NCBI GenBank assembly: GCA_963664435.2
Contig: CAXXKM010000002.1
Span: 96,001-160,000 of the forward strand
Origin: Longimicrobiales bacterium
GTDB taxonomy: Bacteria > Gemmatimonadota > Gemmatimonadetes > Longimicrobiales > Gaopeijiaceae
DNA: 64,000 nucleotides
Direction of reading: 5' to 3'
Shown one piece after another: positions 36,799 through 47,776 of the stretch. How positions within the stretch are numbered: position 1 is the stretch's first letter; each line of letters begins with the position of its first letter. A model generated the notes under the pieces. It was not told the DNA's origin, did no database searches, and saw only the letters and a list, made by a program, of their open reading frames with translations. The translations under genes and the position numbers were made by a program.

Positions 36799-38808
36799 AT
36801 GCGCTCCCAAGCATGGGTCGTCCTCGCCCTCGGGGTACTGGTCGCCGCGTGCGATAGCCCACTGGCGCCCGCGGCTTGCGGTGCGCTGCCCCAGTTGACG
36901 GTCCACGTGGGGGACACGTCCGGCGTCACCGCCTGCTTCAATGACGTGAACGGCGATGCGTTGAGTTACGCGGTCGGGTCATCGAACCCCTCGGTGGCCA
37001 CGGTCTCGGTTGCGGGGGCGGAGGTGACGGTGCGCGCCATCGCCCCGGGCACCGCGACGGTCATGCTGACGGCCACCGATCCGGCGGGGCTTGGAGATCA
37101 GCAGAGTTTCGAGGTCGTCGTGCCGAACCGGGCGCCGCGGGCAGTGGCCACGGTCCCGGAGCAAAGGGTCGAGGCGGGCGCGGAGGTAGTCGTCGATCTT
37201 GCGTCCTGGTTCGAGGAGCCGGACGGCGAGCACCTTCGCTTCCGGGTGACGGTCTCGGACGCCGAAGTCGCGGGCGTGGCCGTCTCGGGCAATCGGGCGA
37301 CGTTGGCGGCGCGGGCGAGGGGCACCGCCTCCGTCGCCGTCACGGCGACGGATCCCGGGGGCCTGGCGGCTGTTCAGGTGTTCGGTTTCGAGGTACCCAA
37401 CCGGGAACCGGTCGCGCTGGGCGTGATCGAGGGTCAAGTCATGCGGCGCGGAGAGACGCGCGTGATCGACCTTGCGCCGTTTTTCGCCGATCCAGACGGA
37501 GAGCCGCTGCGCTACGCTTCGTCGTCGTCGAGTCCCGGCGCGGTTGCGGCGACCGTCTTGGGCGAGTCCGTGCGCCTGACCGCTTTCGGGGCGGGGCGGG
37601 CGGCGATCACGGTGACCGCGCGCGACCCCGACGGCCTGACGGCGGCTCACATGTTCGGCGCGGAAGCTCGGAACCGGGCACCGATTACGACCGGTGCCCT
37701 GCCGGATGTCGATTTGGGTGCGGGCGATACGATCCGGCTGGATCTTGCGGGCCGCTTCTCGGATCCGGACGGGGACACGTTGACCTATGTGGCATCGTCT
37801 TCGGACTCTGCGGTCGCGTCGGTGGAGGTGCGTGGAGAGACCCTGCTGCTTTGGGGAGTGCGCGAGGGGCGGGTCACGGTCACCGTCCTGGCTTCAGACT
37901 CGGGCGACTTATCGGCCGCGCTGTCCTTCCAAGCGACGGTGGCAGGCGGCCCCGGGGACCCTAGGTCCTTCCAGATCGAAATCCGCTTCGCCACGGTGCT
38001 GACGGCCGCGCAAGAGAAGGCGTTCCAGAGAATGGCGGCGCGGTGGATGGAGATACTGGAAGACACGGAGTTGCCGGACATGCCGGTGCCGGAAGGCGTT
38101 GTCACGTGCCGATCCCCGGCCAGGACGCACGAGCAAGACGTGAGTGTCGTCGATGACCTGATGATCGTGGCGTCAGTCGAGGAGATAGACGGCGTCGGCG
38201 GGACGATCGGTCGAGCCGGACCGTGCGGGACTCGCGCGGGATCGATGCTTCCATGGTTCGGCGTGATGGAGTTTGACGCGGCGGACATGGCCTGGATGGA
38301 GGCGGAAGGGATTCTGGAATCCGTGATTCTCCACGAGATGGGCCATGTGCTCGGCATCGGCCCGTTGTGGGACGGGTTCGGGCTCCTGCGCAATCCATCG
38401 CTGCCTGTGGAGCGGGAGGTGGACACGCATTTCGCGGGAGCGCTTGCGATCCGGGCGTTCGACGAAGCGGGCGGGACCTCCTACACCGCCGGTTCCAAGG
38501 TCCCGGTGGAGAACAAGGGGATCCGCCGCGGCAGGGACGACGTGCATTGGCGCAAGAACGTATTCGGCAACGAACTGATGAATCCGAGCGCCGAGCCCGT
38601 GATGCCCCTCAGCGCGGTAACGATCGCGTCGCTCTCGGATATGGGGTACGCCGCGCGAACGGACCTCGCCGACGCCTACCGTCTTCCGGGCGCGGCCGCG
38701 TTGCGTGCGCATCGAAGCCGCGCCGTCCCTCTCGGCGAAGACGTGATCCGCGGCCCCATCGAGGTCCGCGACCGGCATGGCCGGGTGGTGGGGATCATTC
38801 GCCCCTGA
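36799..38808 (+). CDS. Lipoprotein with Ig/cadherin-like repeats and a leishmanolysin-like zinc metalloprotease domain
   Basis: Lipobox LVAAC; repeats NRAP...F.DPDGD.L.Y; ILHEMGHVLGIG...HW...ELM. Confidence 0.85.
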   Translation: MRSQAWVVLALGVLVAACDSPLAPAACGALPQLTVHVGDTSGVTACFNDVNGDALSYAVGSSNPSVATVSVAGAEVTVRAIAPGTATVMLTATDPAGLGDQQSFEVVVPNRAPRAVATVPEQRVEAGAEVVVDLASWFEEPDGEHLRFRVTVSDAEVAGVAVSGNRATLAARARGTASVAVTATDPGGLAAVQVFGFEVPNREPVALGVIEGQVMRRGETRVIDLAPFFADPDGEPLRYASSSSSPGAVAATVLGESVRLTAFGAGRAAITVTARDPDGLTAAHMFGAEARNRAPITTGALPDVDLGAGDTIRLDLAGRFSDPDGDTLTYVASSSDSAVASVEVRGETLLLWGVREGRVTVTVLASDSGDLSAALSFQATVAGGPGDPRSFQIEIRFATVLTAAQEKAFQRMAARWMEILEDTELPDMPVPEGVVTCRSPARTHEQDVSVVDDLMIVASVEEIDGVGGTIGRAGPCGTRAGSMLPWFGVMEFDAADMAWMEAEGILESVILHEMGHVLGIGPLWDGFGLLRNPSLPVEREVDTHFAGALAIRAFDEAGGTSYTAGSKVPVENKGIRRGRDDVHWRKNVFGNELMNPSAEPVMPLSAVTIASLSDMGYAARTDLADAYRLPGAAALRAHRSRAVPLGEDVIRGPIEVRDRHGRVVGIIRP

Positions 38809-38962
38809 TGGACGGTGCGCCGATCCGATCCGGGCCGGGGTCGTTCGCGGGCGACAAGATGCGAAGCCCACCGAGTGCTTGTAGATTGTAGTGGGTACCG
38901 GTTTGGGGGCGTTGCGCCACCCCCGGACCACCAAGCGTCGTTTGCCACCACTGGACCACAAC

Positions 38963-41900
38963 ATGACCCTCGCTTCAGCTACCCCCCCCCCCCCGAAACA
39001 TATGTAGCGGCTGTACTTAGAAGGCGTCCGGCCCGGTTCGCGCTTCGGACGGCAATCCTGCTGGCACTCTGGGTGGTGGCGTGCGAGAACCCCTTGGGTC
39101 CGGATCCCTGCGGCCCGATCCCGGAGGTGACGGTGCATGTCGGCGAGACGTCCCACGTCACCCCCTGCTTCAACGACCCGAACGGCGACATGCTGGTCTA
39201 TGCGGCCGCGTCGTCGAACCCTTCGGTCGCCTCCGCCTCGGTCTCCGGCACCTCGGTCACCGTAACCGGGGTTGCGCCCGGCAGCGCCTCGGTCACGCTG
39301 ACGGCCCGTGACCCCGGAGGGCTCCAGGGCCAGCAGAGCTTCACGGTCACGGTTCCCAACCGGGCGCCTCAGCCGAGGGGCACGCCGCCCGGCGTTACCG
39401 AGCGGGTCGGCGCCATCGCGACGGTCGACATGGCCGAGTACTTCACGGATCCGGACGGGGAAGCGCTCACCTACACGGCGAGCCCTTCGGATCCCGAGGT
39501 GGCGGGCGTGAGCGTTGCGGGTTCGGTGGTCACGGTCACCGCTTTGGCGAAGGGCAGTGCCACCGTGACGGTGACCGCACGCGATCCCGGGGGCCTCTCG
39601 GCCACGCAGTCCTTCCCGTTCGCGGTTCCCAACCGGCCGCCTGTTGCGGTGGGAACGCTTCAGCCGCAAACGATCGAGGTGGGCCAGTCCGTCACTCTCG
39701 ACGTGGTCGCTTCGTTCAGCGACCCGGACGGCGACGACCTGAGCTACACGGCCGCCTCATCGGCACCGTCGGTTGCGCGCACGAGCGTGGCGGGCAGCGT
39801 GGTCACGATCACCGCGGAAGGAAAGGGAACGGCCACGGTCACGATCACGGCGAGCGACGACGAGCCGGCAAGCGCGATTCAACAGGTGAGCGTGACGGTG
39901 TCCAACCGGCCGCCCGTGGCAGTGGGAACGCTTCAGCCGCAAATGATCGAGGTGGGCCAGTCGGCCACCCTCGACGTGTCCGCTTCGTTCAGCGATCCTG
40001 ACGGCGACGACTTGAGCTACACGGCCGCCTCATCGGTCCCGTCGGTTGCGCGCACGAGCGTGGCGGGCAGCGTGGTCACCATCATTGCGGAAGGACCGGG
40101 AGCGGCCACGGTCACGATCACGGCGAGTGACGACGAGCCGGCGACGGCGACCCAGCAGGTGAGCGTCACGGTGCCCCAGCCGAACCGGCCGCCACGCCCG
40201 GAGGGCACCGTCCCGGACCAGTCCATCGAAGCGGGCCGCCGTGCCACTGTGAACGCCGGGCGGTACTTCAGCGATCCTGACGGGGACGCGTTGACCTACT
40301 CGGCCTCGTCGTCCAACGGGACGGTGGCCGGTGTCTCGGTGTCGGACTCGACCGTGACGATCACAGCTGCGAGTCCCGGGACCGCGACGATCACGGTTAC
40401 AGCCCAGGACCCCGAGGGCCTCAGCGCGGCGCAGGACATCCGGGTCGACGTGGAGTCGGCGGGCGCGCCGGATCTGGAGTTCACCGGCGTCACCCCGACA
40501 TCGGTGACGGGGTCGCCGGGCGGGTCGGTGCAGGCCGCATTCACGCTTCGGAACGCGGGCGACGCGACCGCGCCCGCCACGACGATCCGCCTTTACGAAT
40601 CGTCCGACCCATCCATATCGACCAGTGACACGGAGATCGCGAGCGATCGAACCTCTGGGCTTCCGGCGGGGCAGAGCCGGACAATCACCGGAACGGTCAA
40701 CCTGTCGAGCCAAGCCTCCGGCACCTTCTACTTCGGGATTTGCGCCGACGCCGTTTCCGGCGAATCCGACACGGGCAACAACTGCTCGACCGGTGTCAGG
40801 GTGACGGTCACGGGTTCCGGCGCGCCGGATCTGGAGTTCACCAATGTCACGCCGACCTCGGTGACGGGGTCGGTCGGCGGGTCGGTTCAGGCCGATTTCA
40901 CGATCCGGAACACCGGCGACGCGCCGGCGCCGGCCACAACGATCCGCCTCTACCAGTCAGGCAACTCGACAATCTCGACGACGGACGACGAGATCGGTCG
41001 AACGGCCTTCGCCGGCCTCGCCGCTGGGCAGAGCCGGACGATTACCGGGACCGTGGCGAACCTGACCGCAGGCTCCTTCTACTTCGGCATCTGCATCGAT
41101 GCGGTGTCCGGCGAATCCGACACGGCCAACAACTGCTCGCGGGGCGTCCGCGTGACCGTCGGCGGGTCCGGCGGCCCCGATCTGGTGGTGAGTCTCTCCA
41201 GATCGAGCGTCACGGTGTCGCGCGGAAGCAGCTTTTCGTACGAACTGACGGTGCGCAACCAAGGCGACGAGGCGGCGGCGGCCACCCTCGTACGGACCCT
41301 GATTTCGGCCGACGCGACCATTTCCACCAACGACACCGACGTCGGCGCCGCTGCGGTGCCTTCCCTGAACCCGTCCGAGGAAGTGAGCGGCGAGGCCTTG
41401 ATCGAGATCGACGCCGGTGCTCCGTTGGGCACCGTCTATGTCGGGGAATGTGTCGACGCCGTTTCCGGCGAATCGGACACGAGCAACAACTGCTCGTCGG
41501 CGATAAGGGTCACGATACGGACCAACGGTGGCGGCAGCGACACGACGTACACGACGGGGCAGACGATCGAGACCCTCCCGACCGGATTCTGGACTCCGGA
41601 CACCTCGGGCGGCGGCATTTCCTTCCGGTACTCCAGCGGCGTAGCGACCGTGGAGTTCACCGGCACCAGTTCGTACATCGTCGAGGGCAACATCCGCTAC
41701 AGCTGTCTGACCAGCACGGGGTGCGAAATCGTGAACCGGCGGGTCACCCAGGGCAGCATCCGGGCCAGCAGGCAGTCGAGCGGCAGCCTGACGGTCGAAC
41801 CGCAATGGGATGGCCTGCTGCACTCTACGCGAGCGGAATGGACGGTCATCCGCCCGCGCCCCGGCGACGATCCGTCCGCGCTCCGCCTTCCGGTCGAGGG

Positions 41901-42006
41901 CGTCCTGCGCGTCAAGCCGGGCACCGAGCCGCAAGACGATGAAACCAGTCCGGTGAGGCGCGCGGTGACAGGCGGGACAATCTCCTCGTCCTCGGGCATT
42001 CGCTAG
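38963..42006 (+). CDS. Large Ig-repeat / CARDB-like surface lipoprotein; likely start out of frame across a C13 tract
   Basis: Lipobox WVVAC; five Ig-like repeats; three PDL...D.VSGESDT.NNCS repeats; ATG 38963 is separated from the body by poly-C 38982-38994. Confidence 0.8.
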
Positions 42007-42036
42007 AGCAGAACCCCCTGAAATGAAAGGCAAACG

Positions 42037-42675
42037 ATGAAGAAACGCATCCCCATCCTGCTGGCTCTTGCCGGCCTCATTCTGATCGCCGCTCCCCTGA
42101 CGGCCCAGAAGACCCTCGGTCTGCGGGGCGGAGCCGGCTTCGCCTCCGTTTCCGTCGAGGAAGTGGGTCTCGATTCCGGATCCCGCAGCGGCATCGTCGT
42201 GAGCGCGGACCTGACCATTCCCGGACCCGGACTGTTCGACATCAGGGTCGGCGGCGCCTACGTGCAGAAAGGCGGAGGGTTCGGTGCCGATGAGCTCGAA
42301 GGATTGAGCGTCGGGCTCAACATCGACTACGCCCAGTTCTCGGGGTTGGCGCGCATCGGCACACACGCCGAGGGCGGACTGTTCGTGGGCGTGATGGCCG
42401 GTCCATGGATCGCGTTGCGGCTCTCCTGCAATCTGGAGGCTTCCGCTCCGGGGGAGGGCGTCAACATCAGTTCGAGTTGCTCCGACGCAGAGCTTGAGAC
42501 CAAGGCCCTGGACTACGGGATCGCCCTGGGCGCGGGCGCGGACTTCCCCATGGCCGGGATGCGCTTGGGCGTTGACGTGCTCTACTCGCTCGGCCTTGCG
42601 CCGGTGGCCGAGGACGACGACGCCATGACGCGGCACTTGGCCATCCAAGCGGGGATCAACATCCCGATCGGGTAG
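42037..42675 (+). CDS. Outer-membrane beta-barrel (porin-like) protein
   Basis: Signal peptide; GLRGGAGF, YVQKG, DYGIALGAG, DVLYSLGL. Confidence 0.8.
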   Translation: MKKRIPILLALAGLILIAAPLTAQKTLGLRGGAGFASVSVEEVGLDSGSRSGIVVSADLTIPGPGLFDIRVGGAYVQKGGGFGADELEGLSVGLNIDYAQFSGLARIGTHAEGGLFVGVMAGPWIALRLSCNLEASAPGEGVNISSSCSDAELETKALDYGIALGAGADFPMAGMRLGVDVLYSLGLAPVAEDDDAMTRHLAIQAGINIPIG

Positions 42676-42786
42676 TGGGCTGCGGCAGGCCCCGACACGG
42701 GGCAAAACGCACATGTTGAGTTGTCGGGCGGGCCGAATCGCCGGGACGAAGTGTTCCAACTGCCCGACAGCGCAAGGAAGCATTTC

Positions 42787-43596
42787 ATGATGATGTCGAT
42801 GATCAAAGCCGCCCGTGGACCGGCCAGCGTTCTGGTGCTGCTCGCACTGGCGGCCTCGCTGAGCGGTTGTTCCACACTCTTCATTCAGGAACCGCCTCGA
42901 ACGGGAATCGCCGCGCCCGGTTTGGCTGCGAGCGCGCCCCAATGCACGACGACTTCGATCTTGCCCGGAGCCTATCTTGCGGGTGCCACATTGCTGGGCA
43001 TCGTCGGCGTGACGGGCCTTGCCGTTGCTGCGGCGGGTGGATTGGAACCGGGAGGGGAGGGGGTGACAGCGGCGCTCACCGGTGCGGGCATGGGACTTGC
43101 CGGAGGGGTTGCCGGCTACAATCAAGCCAAAACCGGGCTTGAACGCATCAACGAATGCCGCGCGCTGCACCGGCGGTGGCAGAGCCAGCGCCTGAAAGAA
43201 CTGAGCCCCGGAGCGGCGCCGTCTCCGACAATTCCGGCGGATGGGGCCTGGTGCAGGGACTTGAGATTTCGGGATGTGCTCCCTCTCGCAGGGGACGTCT
43301 TAGGTGGGTCAGTGTGGCTGTTGGGCGGCCTTGCGGGGAGTGTGGGGGACGCGGAACGGACTTCCGGGGAAAAGGTGGGCGTCGCTGCAATCTCGGTCGC
43401 AGTCGGAGGCGCCTTTCTTTACTCGGGACGGATCGGCCGCAAGCGCTTGGAGCGAGGGTGTATGCCCACACTCCGCGATCCCTACAAGAGCGGCATCCGG
43501 AGCGTCGCGCCGGATTCCCTTCTGCCGTTGCGGGTAACTCCTGACACGCTCGTGGCTCCCGACCCGGGAGCCAGACAGAAGGGATCGGTCGGCTGA
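42787..43596 (+). CDS. Hypothetical membrane lipoprotein
   Basis: Lipobox LSGC; two similar Gly-rich hydrophobic hairpins, each followed by a basic Cys-containing motif. Confidence 0.55.
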   Translation: MMMSMIKAARGPASVLVLLALAASLSGCSTLFIQEPPRTGIAAPGLAASAPQCTTTSILPGAYLAGATLLGIVGVTGLAVAAAGGLEPGGEGVTAALTGAGMGLAGGVAGYNQAKTGLERINECRALHRRWQSQRLKELSPGAAPSPTIPADGAWCRDLRFRDVLPLAGDVLGGSVWLLGGLAGSVGDAERTSGEKVGVAAISVAVGGAFLYSGRIGRKRLERGCMPTLRDPYKSGIRSVAPDSLLPLRVTPDTLVAPDPGARQKGSVG

Positions 43597-43871
43597 GTGG
43601 TTGCGGGGCCGCCGCCGGCCCCCATCTCCAGGCCAGTCTGGCTCCGAGAACGGTCAGGCTGCCTTCGCGCGTTCCGAAGCGCTGGCCTCACTCCCGATGG
43701 GTTTGATGCAGTCCTTGGAAGGCTGTGAGCGTCGGACCTACGACCCGGACACCAACAAGTGCAGTCTGACAGTTCGATACTTGAAGATTCGAGACGACAG
43801 GAAGACGCGGATCACGTTCTGGACGAGGGCCAGCGGCTTCTGCTACTTCCAAGGCACGGTGACCACGTAGC

Positions 43872-44786
43872 TCACGCGGGGTTGCCCGGTGCGGCCGCGT
43901 AGCGGAAGCCCGTCACCTCTTCGGTGACCCTCCAGAGGCGGCGCGCCAAGTCGTCGCTGCGGGCCGGTCCGCGGACGGGGATGCGGCGGGCCGGTCCCCT
44001 CAGCCCGAACCGGGGTCCGAAGAAGTCCAGCTTCCCGGCCGACGGATCGGTGGCGGCGCGCAGTTGTGGACGCACGCCGACATCGACCGGGGCGGCCAAC
44101 AGGCGGGCGAGCCGTCCGCCGATTCCGACCGACTGCTGGCGCTCGGTCCCGGTCAGGCCCGGATGGGCCGCGAGCGACAGGGCCGCCGCGCCCGCGGCGT
44201 CTAACCGTCCCTGAAGCTCCCGCGCGAACAACAGGTTGGCCAGCTTGCTGTCGCCGTACGCCTTGCCGCGGCTGTACGGACGCCCGCGCCAGTCCAGATC
44301 GCCGAAGTCGATGACGCCGGCCCGGTACGCGCCGCTGGTCACCGTGACCACGCGCGCGCCCGGCGTTGCCACCAGCAGCCCGAACAGATGTCCCGTGAGC
44401 AGGAAGTGGCCGTAGTGGTTCGTGGCCATGTGCATCTCGTGGCCGAGCGGCGTCCGTTGCAGTTCGGCGAGATTCACCACGCCCGCGTTGTTCAGCAGGA
44501 TGTCGAGGCGACCCGTTCGGGCGGCGACGCGTCCGGCAAAGCGCTCGATGCCCACCGGATCGGTGAGGTCCAGCGCGAAGCCCTCGACCCTCGCGCCCGG
44601 CAGGTCGGACAGAACCGCTCCGACGGCCGCCTGCCCCTTGGCCGCGCTGCGGCTGGACAGGAAGACCCGCGCGCCCCTGCGGGCCAACTCGCGAACGGAT
44701 CTGAAGCCGAGCCCCGTGTTGCCTCCGGTCACGACGGCCGTGCGGCCGCGAAGAGGCGGAATGTCTTCAAGTGTCCAGCCGGGCAT
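43872..44786 (-). CDS. Short-chain dehydrogenase/reductase
   Basis: TGGNTGLG, NNAG, YGDSK, AHPG. Confidence 0.92.
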   Translation of the reverse strand: MPGWTLEDIPPLRGRTAVVTGGNTGLGFRSVRELARRGARVFLSSRSAAKGQAAVGAVLSDLPGARVEGFALDLTDPVGIERFAGRVAARTGRLDILLNNAGVVNLAELQRTPLGHEMHMATNHYGHFLLTGHLFGLLVATPGARVVTVTSGAYRAGVIDFGDLDWRGRPYSRGKAYGDSKLANLLFARELQGRLDAAGAAALSLAAHPGLTGTERQQSVGIGGRLARLLAAPVDVGVRPQLRAATDPSAGKLDFFGPRFGLRGPARRIPVRGPARSDDLARRLWRVTEEVTGFRYAAAPGNPA

Positions 44787-45261
44787 CGGGTTTCTCCGGG
44801 CAGGCAAGGCGTCGGGCCGCGTGTCGTCACTCGGGCCGCCGAACCTCGGCGGCCCGGGAATCTAGCGAAACCGCCCGGTTCGCTTCCACAAGCCTCTCCG
44901 TTCAGGGAGCCGGGCCGGGCGACGTCGCGATGATGCATCCCATCGGAGGGTCGGCGCATCGGTGTCCGCGTCCGGTGCTCCGCCCACCGCCGAATGATAG
45001 CGATCCACGCCGATCGCGGGCTGGCCGTCTTGGCCGTCGAGGTCGATCCGATTGCCGGTGAGGGAGACGGTCGGCAACGTCGGCTTCCGGGACCTTGGTC
45101 AGAGGCGGGGCGGGCGCGGGAGTCCCGCCATTCAAGTACGTTTTTCCCGCTTTGGCGGCACGGTCCAGCAAGGTCCAGTACAACGACAGGAAACGCAGAT
45201 CGTGCAGTCCTGTATGTAGTTAGAAGATCTACTGCCGTGATCCGGACCTCAGGTGCTCCGT

Positions 45262-46052
45262 GTGTCCAGCGCGCCCACCAGCGTCACCATGATGAAGGAC
45301 GGCAGGAGCGCCCAGAACTCCGGTCTGAAGCTGAGGTCGACGCCGGGATAGGCCCGTGGGGGCAACCCGATCCAGGCAGCTTCCGCAACCGCGGATGTGT
45401 CGTACAGGCCGAATCCCAGCCGGGCGGTCAGGCAGCCCGCGACGATGCCGATGGCCGGTGCCCACAGGCGCAGTGCCCCGGAGGCCCGAAGCGGGACGAG
45501 GATCATGACCAGCAGCGTCACCCCCGCGATGACCGGGCCCGCGGCGGGCGAAACATCCGGGGGCACCTCGCCCAGCTTGCGAACGATGAGGGGCGAGAGG
45601 GTGATCGGGATGAGGAGCAGCACGGTGCCGGCGACCATGGGCGTAAAGATTCGCCTGAGGAGCGCCATCCTCGCCGCCAGGACGAACTGAATCAGGGCGG
45701 ACGCGATGATCAGGGTCGCGAGCATGCCCGGTCCGCCCTGCTCGAGCGCCGTCACGCTCACGGCGAGGAAGGCGCTCGTGCTCCCCATCACGAGGATGTA
45801 GCCGGCGCCGATGCGGCCCACCTTGCGCGCCTGAATCGCCGTCGTCACCCCGCTGACCACCAGCGCCGCGCACACCGCCCACGACAGGTAGTCGTCGCCC
45901 ATGCCGGCGACGGTGATCATCACCGTGGGCGTCAGGATGACGCTCGCGATGCAGAGGATGGCGTACTGGATGCCCAGCCCGGCCGTGATCGGCAGGGGGG
46001 GACGCTCGTCGGGTTCGTAGCGGACGTCCTGCCGGTCGATCGCCGAACTCAC
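45262..46052 (-). pseudogene. 5' half of the split NCS2 permease
   Basis: VRYEPDERPP...GLGIQY NCS2 N-terminus; ends at VGALDT on the 9-bp repeat. Confidence 0.88.
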
Positions 46053-46137
46053 TGGTCCCCTCCCGTGCTCTCGAGAAATGGACTACGGCCGCAGGTCAGC
46101 GACGCGGCGGTACTGTCTCCCCTTCAGCGGGTCGGGA

Positions 46138-47451
46138 TCATTTCGCCCCGGCCAGCTCTCCGCCGTCCCGCACGACCGCTCGGACGCCCCAGGCCACCGC
46201 CAGGTGTGCCGGCACCGCGACAACCAGGTAGTAACCGTTCACCTGGTCGATCCCCGGGACAACCTGCATCACGAGGCCCAGGACCGACACCCCGGCCGCC
46301 AGCAGCGCCGCGCGGACCGCGAGCCGGCGCCACCTGCCCGCAAACACTGCCGGAACCAGCGCGCCCGCGAGCACCAGCGACAGCGGGTTCGCCTGGAGGA
46401 AATTCTCGTTCCAGTGCATGAACTCGTGGCTGGTGAAGTGCGACACGATCATCACCAGGCCGGACAGTCCCGCCGCCAGGGACCAGATGCCGGCGGCCAG
46501 CAGGAAGGTCGGCTCCGCGACTCGCCGCAACGTGTGCCGGCCGGCGCGGCTCGTGCGCCCGCCCTTCCCCGAACGCGGCGAAAACGCCAGCGCCGCCGAG
46601 CCCGCCAGCAACCCGGCAAGCAGTATCCCGACCAGGGTGAACCGGATGAAGTGCGCGGGGGGGGCCACCAGTGGGCGGGGTCGGGAACTCTCGTCCAGCA
46701 CGACTTCGGACGCCACCAGGTCCGTCTCGCGCAGGAAGTCCCGCAGCATCATCGGGATAAACATCTCCTCCCAGGCGGTGCCCGGGCGATCACCGCGACC
46801 GCCCATGAAGAAGTCCAGCGACACGTAGATCAGTGGATTGCCGGCCGTGAGCCGCCGGGTGTGGAAGCGGTACGTCTCGCCGGGAGCCTCCGCGAACTGC
46901 TCCCGCAGGCTGCCGGCCACGATGGTGTCGAGGAGGTCGCGCACGCGCGTCGAACAATTGTCGAGGAAGTACTGGTAGCGGTAGTACGCGTTCTCCGGAC
47001 GCGCGTTGAAGCCGGCCATGTCGAGAAGCATCAGACGCTGAGCCGGGGTCAGATCGAGTGCCTGCTCCACCACGCCGCGATCCGTGGCCACATAGTGCGC
47101 GATCATGCCCTCGGAGGAGAGGCCGGCCATCCAGTACTGCCAGTCTCCCAGGAGGAAACGCCAGAAGAAGCCCTCCTGAGTGACGTCGAACATTCCCCAG
47201 TTGTACGCGACGTCCAGGCCCCGGGCCGGATCCTGGATGCGGATGGCGTTGTGGCCGAACATCTCGTAGACAACCGGCCCGGCCCCGATGGTGATGAGCG
47301 AGACGTGGAGTTCGGACCCGGGCTCGGGATCCGCGACCTCCTGGTCTTCGGGCGCAGGCTCCCGAATCCCGGCCATCGCCGACGCGGGCGGAGCGGTCCC
47401 CAGCGTGCCGACCGCCAGCCAGCCCACCAATACCAGGTCCCTTCCACGCAT
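46138..47451 (-). CDS. DUF4105 / Lnb-like membrane protein
   Basis: FGHNAIRI, YNWG, YQYFLDNCSTR; C-terminal TM helices. Confidence 0.8.
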   Translation of the reverse strand: MRGRDLVLVGWLAVGTLGTAPPASAMAGIREPAPEDQEVADPEPGSELHVSLITIGAGPVVYEMFGHNAIRIQDPARGLDVAYNWGMFDVTQEGFFWRFLLGDWQYWMAGLSSEGMIAHYVATDRGVVEQALDLTPAQRLMLLDMAGFNARPENAYYRYQYFLDNCSTRVRDLLDTIVAGSLREQFAEAPGETYRFHTRRLTAGNPLIYVSLDFFMGGRGDRPGTAWEEMFIPMMLRDFLRETDLVASEVVLDESSRPRPLVAPPAHFIRFTLVGILLAGLLAGSAALAFSPRSGKGGRTSRAGRHTLRRVAEPTFLLAAGIWSLAAGLSGLVMIVSHFTSHEFMHWNENFLQANPLSLVLAGALVPAVFAGRWRRLAVRAALLAAGVSVLGLVMQVVPGIDQVNGYYLVVAVPAHLAVAWGVRAVVRDGGELAGAK

Positions 47452-47776
47452 TTCGCTCGATTTCGGCACTGGCGACGATCTCGTTGGCGAGGACAGGGTT
47501 TCGCTTCTCCGTTGCGCGGTACACCATCTTCCGCCCGCTGCTCCCCGGGCGACAGGTCGGATCCGCACACGCAAGATGGTCCCGCGACCATGACGGCGGA
47601 AAGGCCGCGCCGAAACGCGACGAGCATGCGAGTTTCACCGGTGGAGGCAGCCCGCGCCGCCGAGCCGGTAGCCCCGAGCGCGTCCACGGCCTAGACTGCC
47701 GGAGGTACGATCGTCCGCCCCGCCCCCCGGCGGCCGGCGCGGCCCGCACGACCACCGAGAACCAGGGAGAACCCCG

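Larger units (their letters stand above)
15564..45270. mobile_element. Outer tyrosine-recombinase integrative element (~29.7 kb)
   Basis: GTGTCCAGC at 15564-15572 and 45262-45270; removal restores a 584-aa permease; integrase at the left end. Confidence 0.9.

Noticed and set aside
43601..43870. Small ORF after the membrane lipoprotein
   Set aside because: No RBS or motif; possibly a gene remnant.
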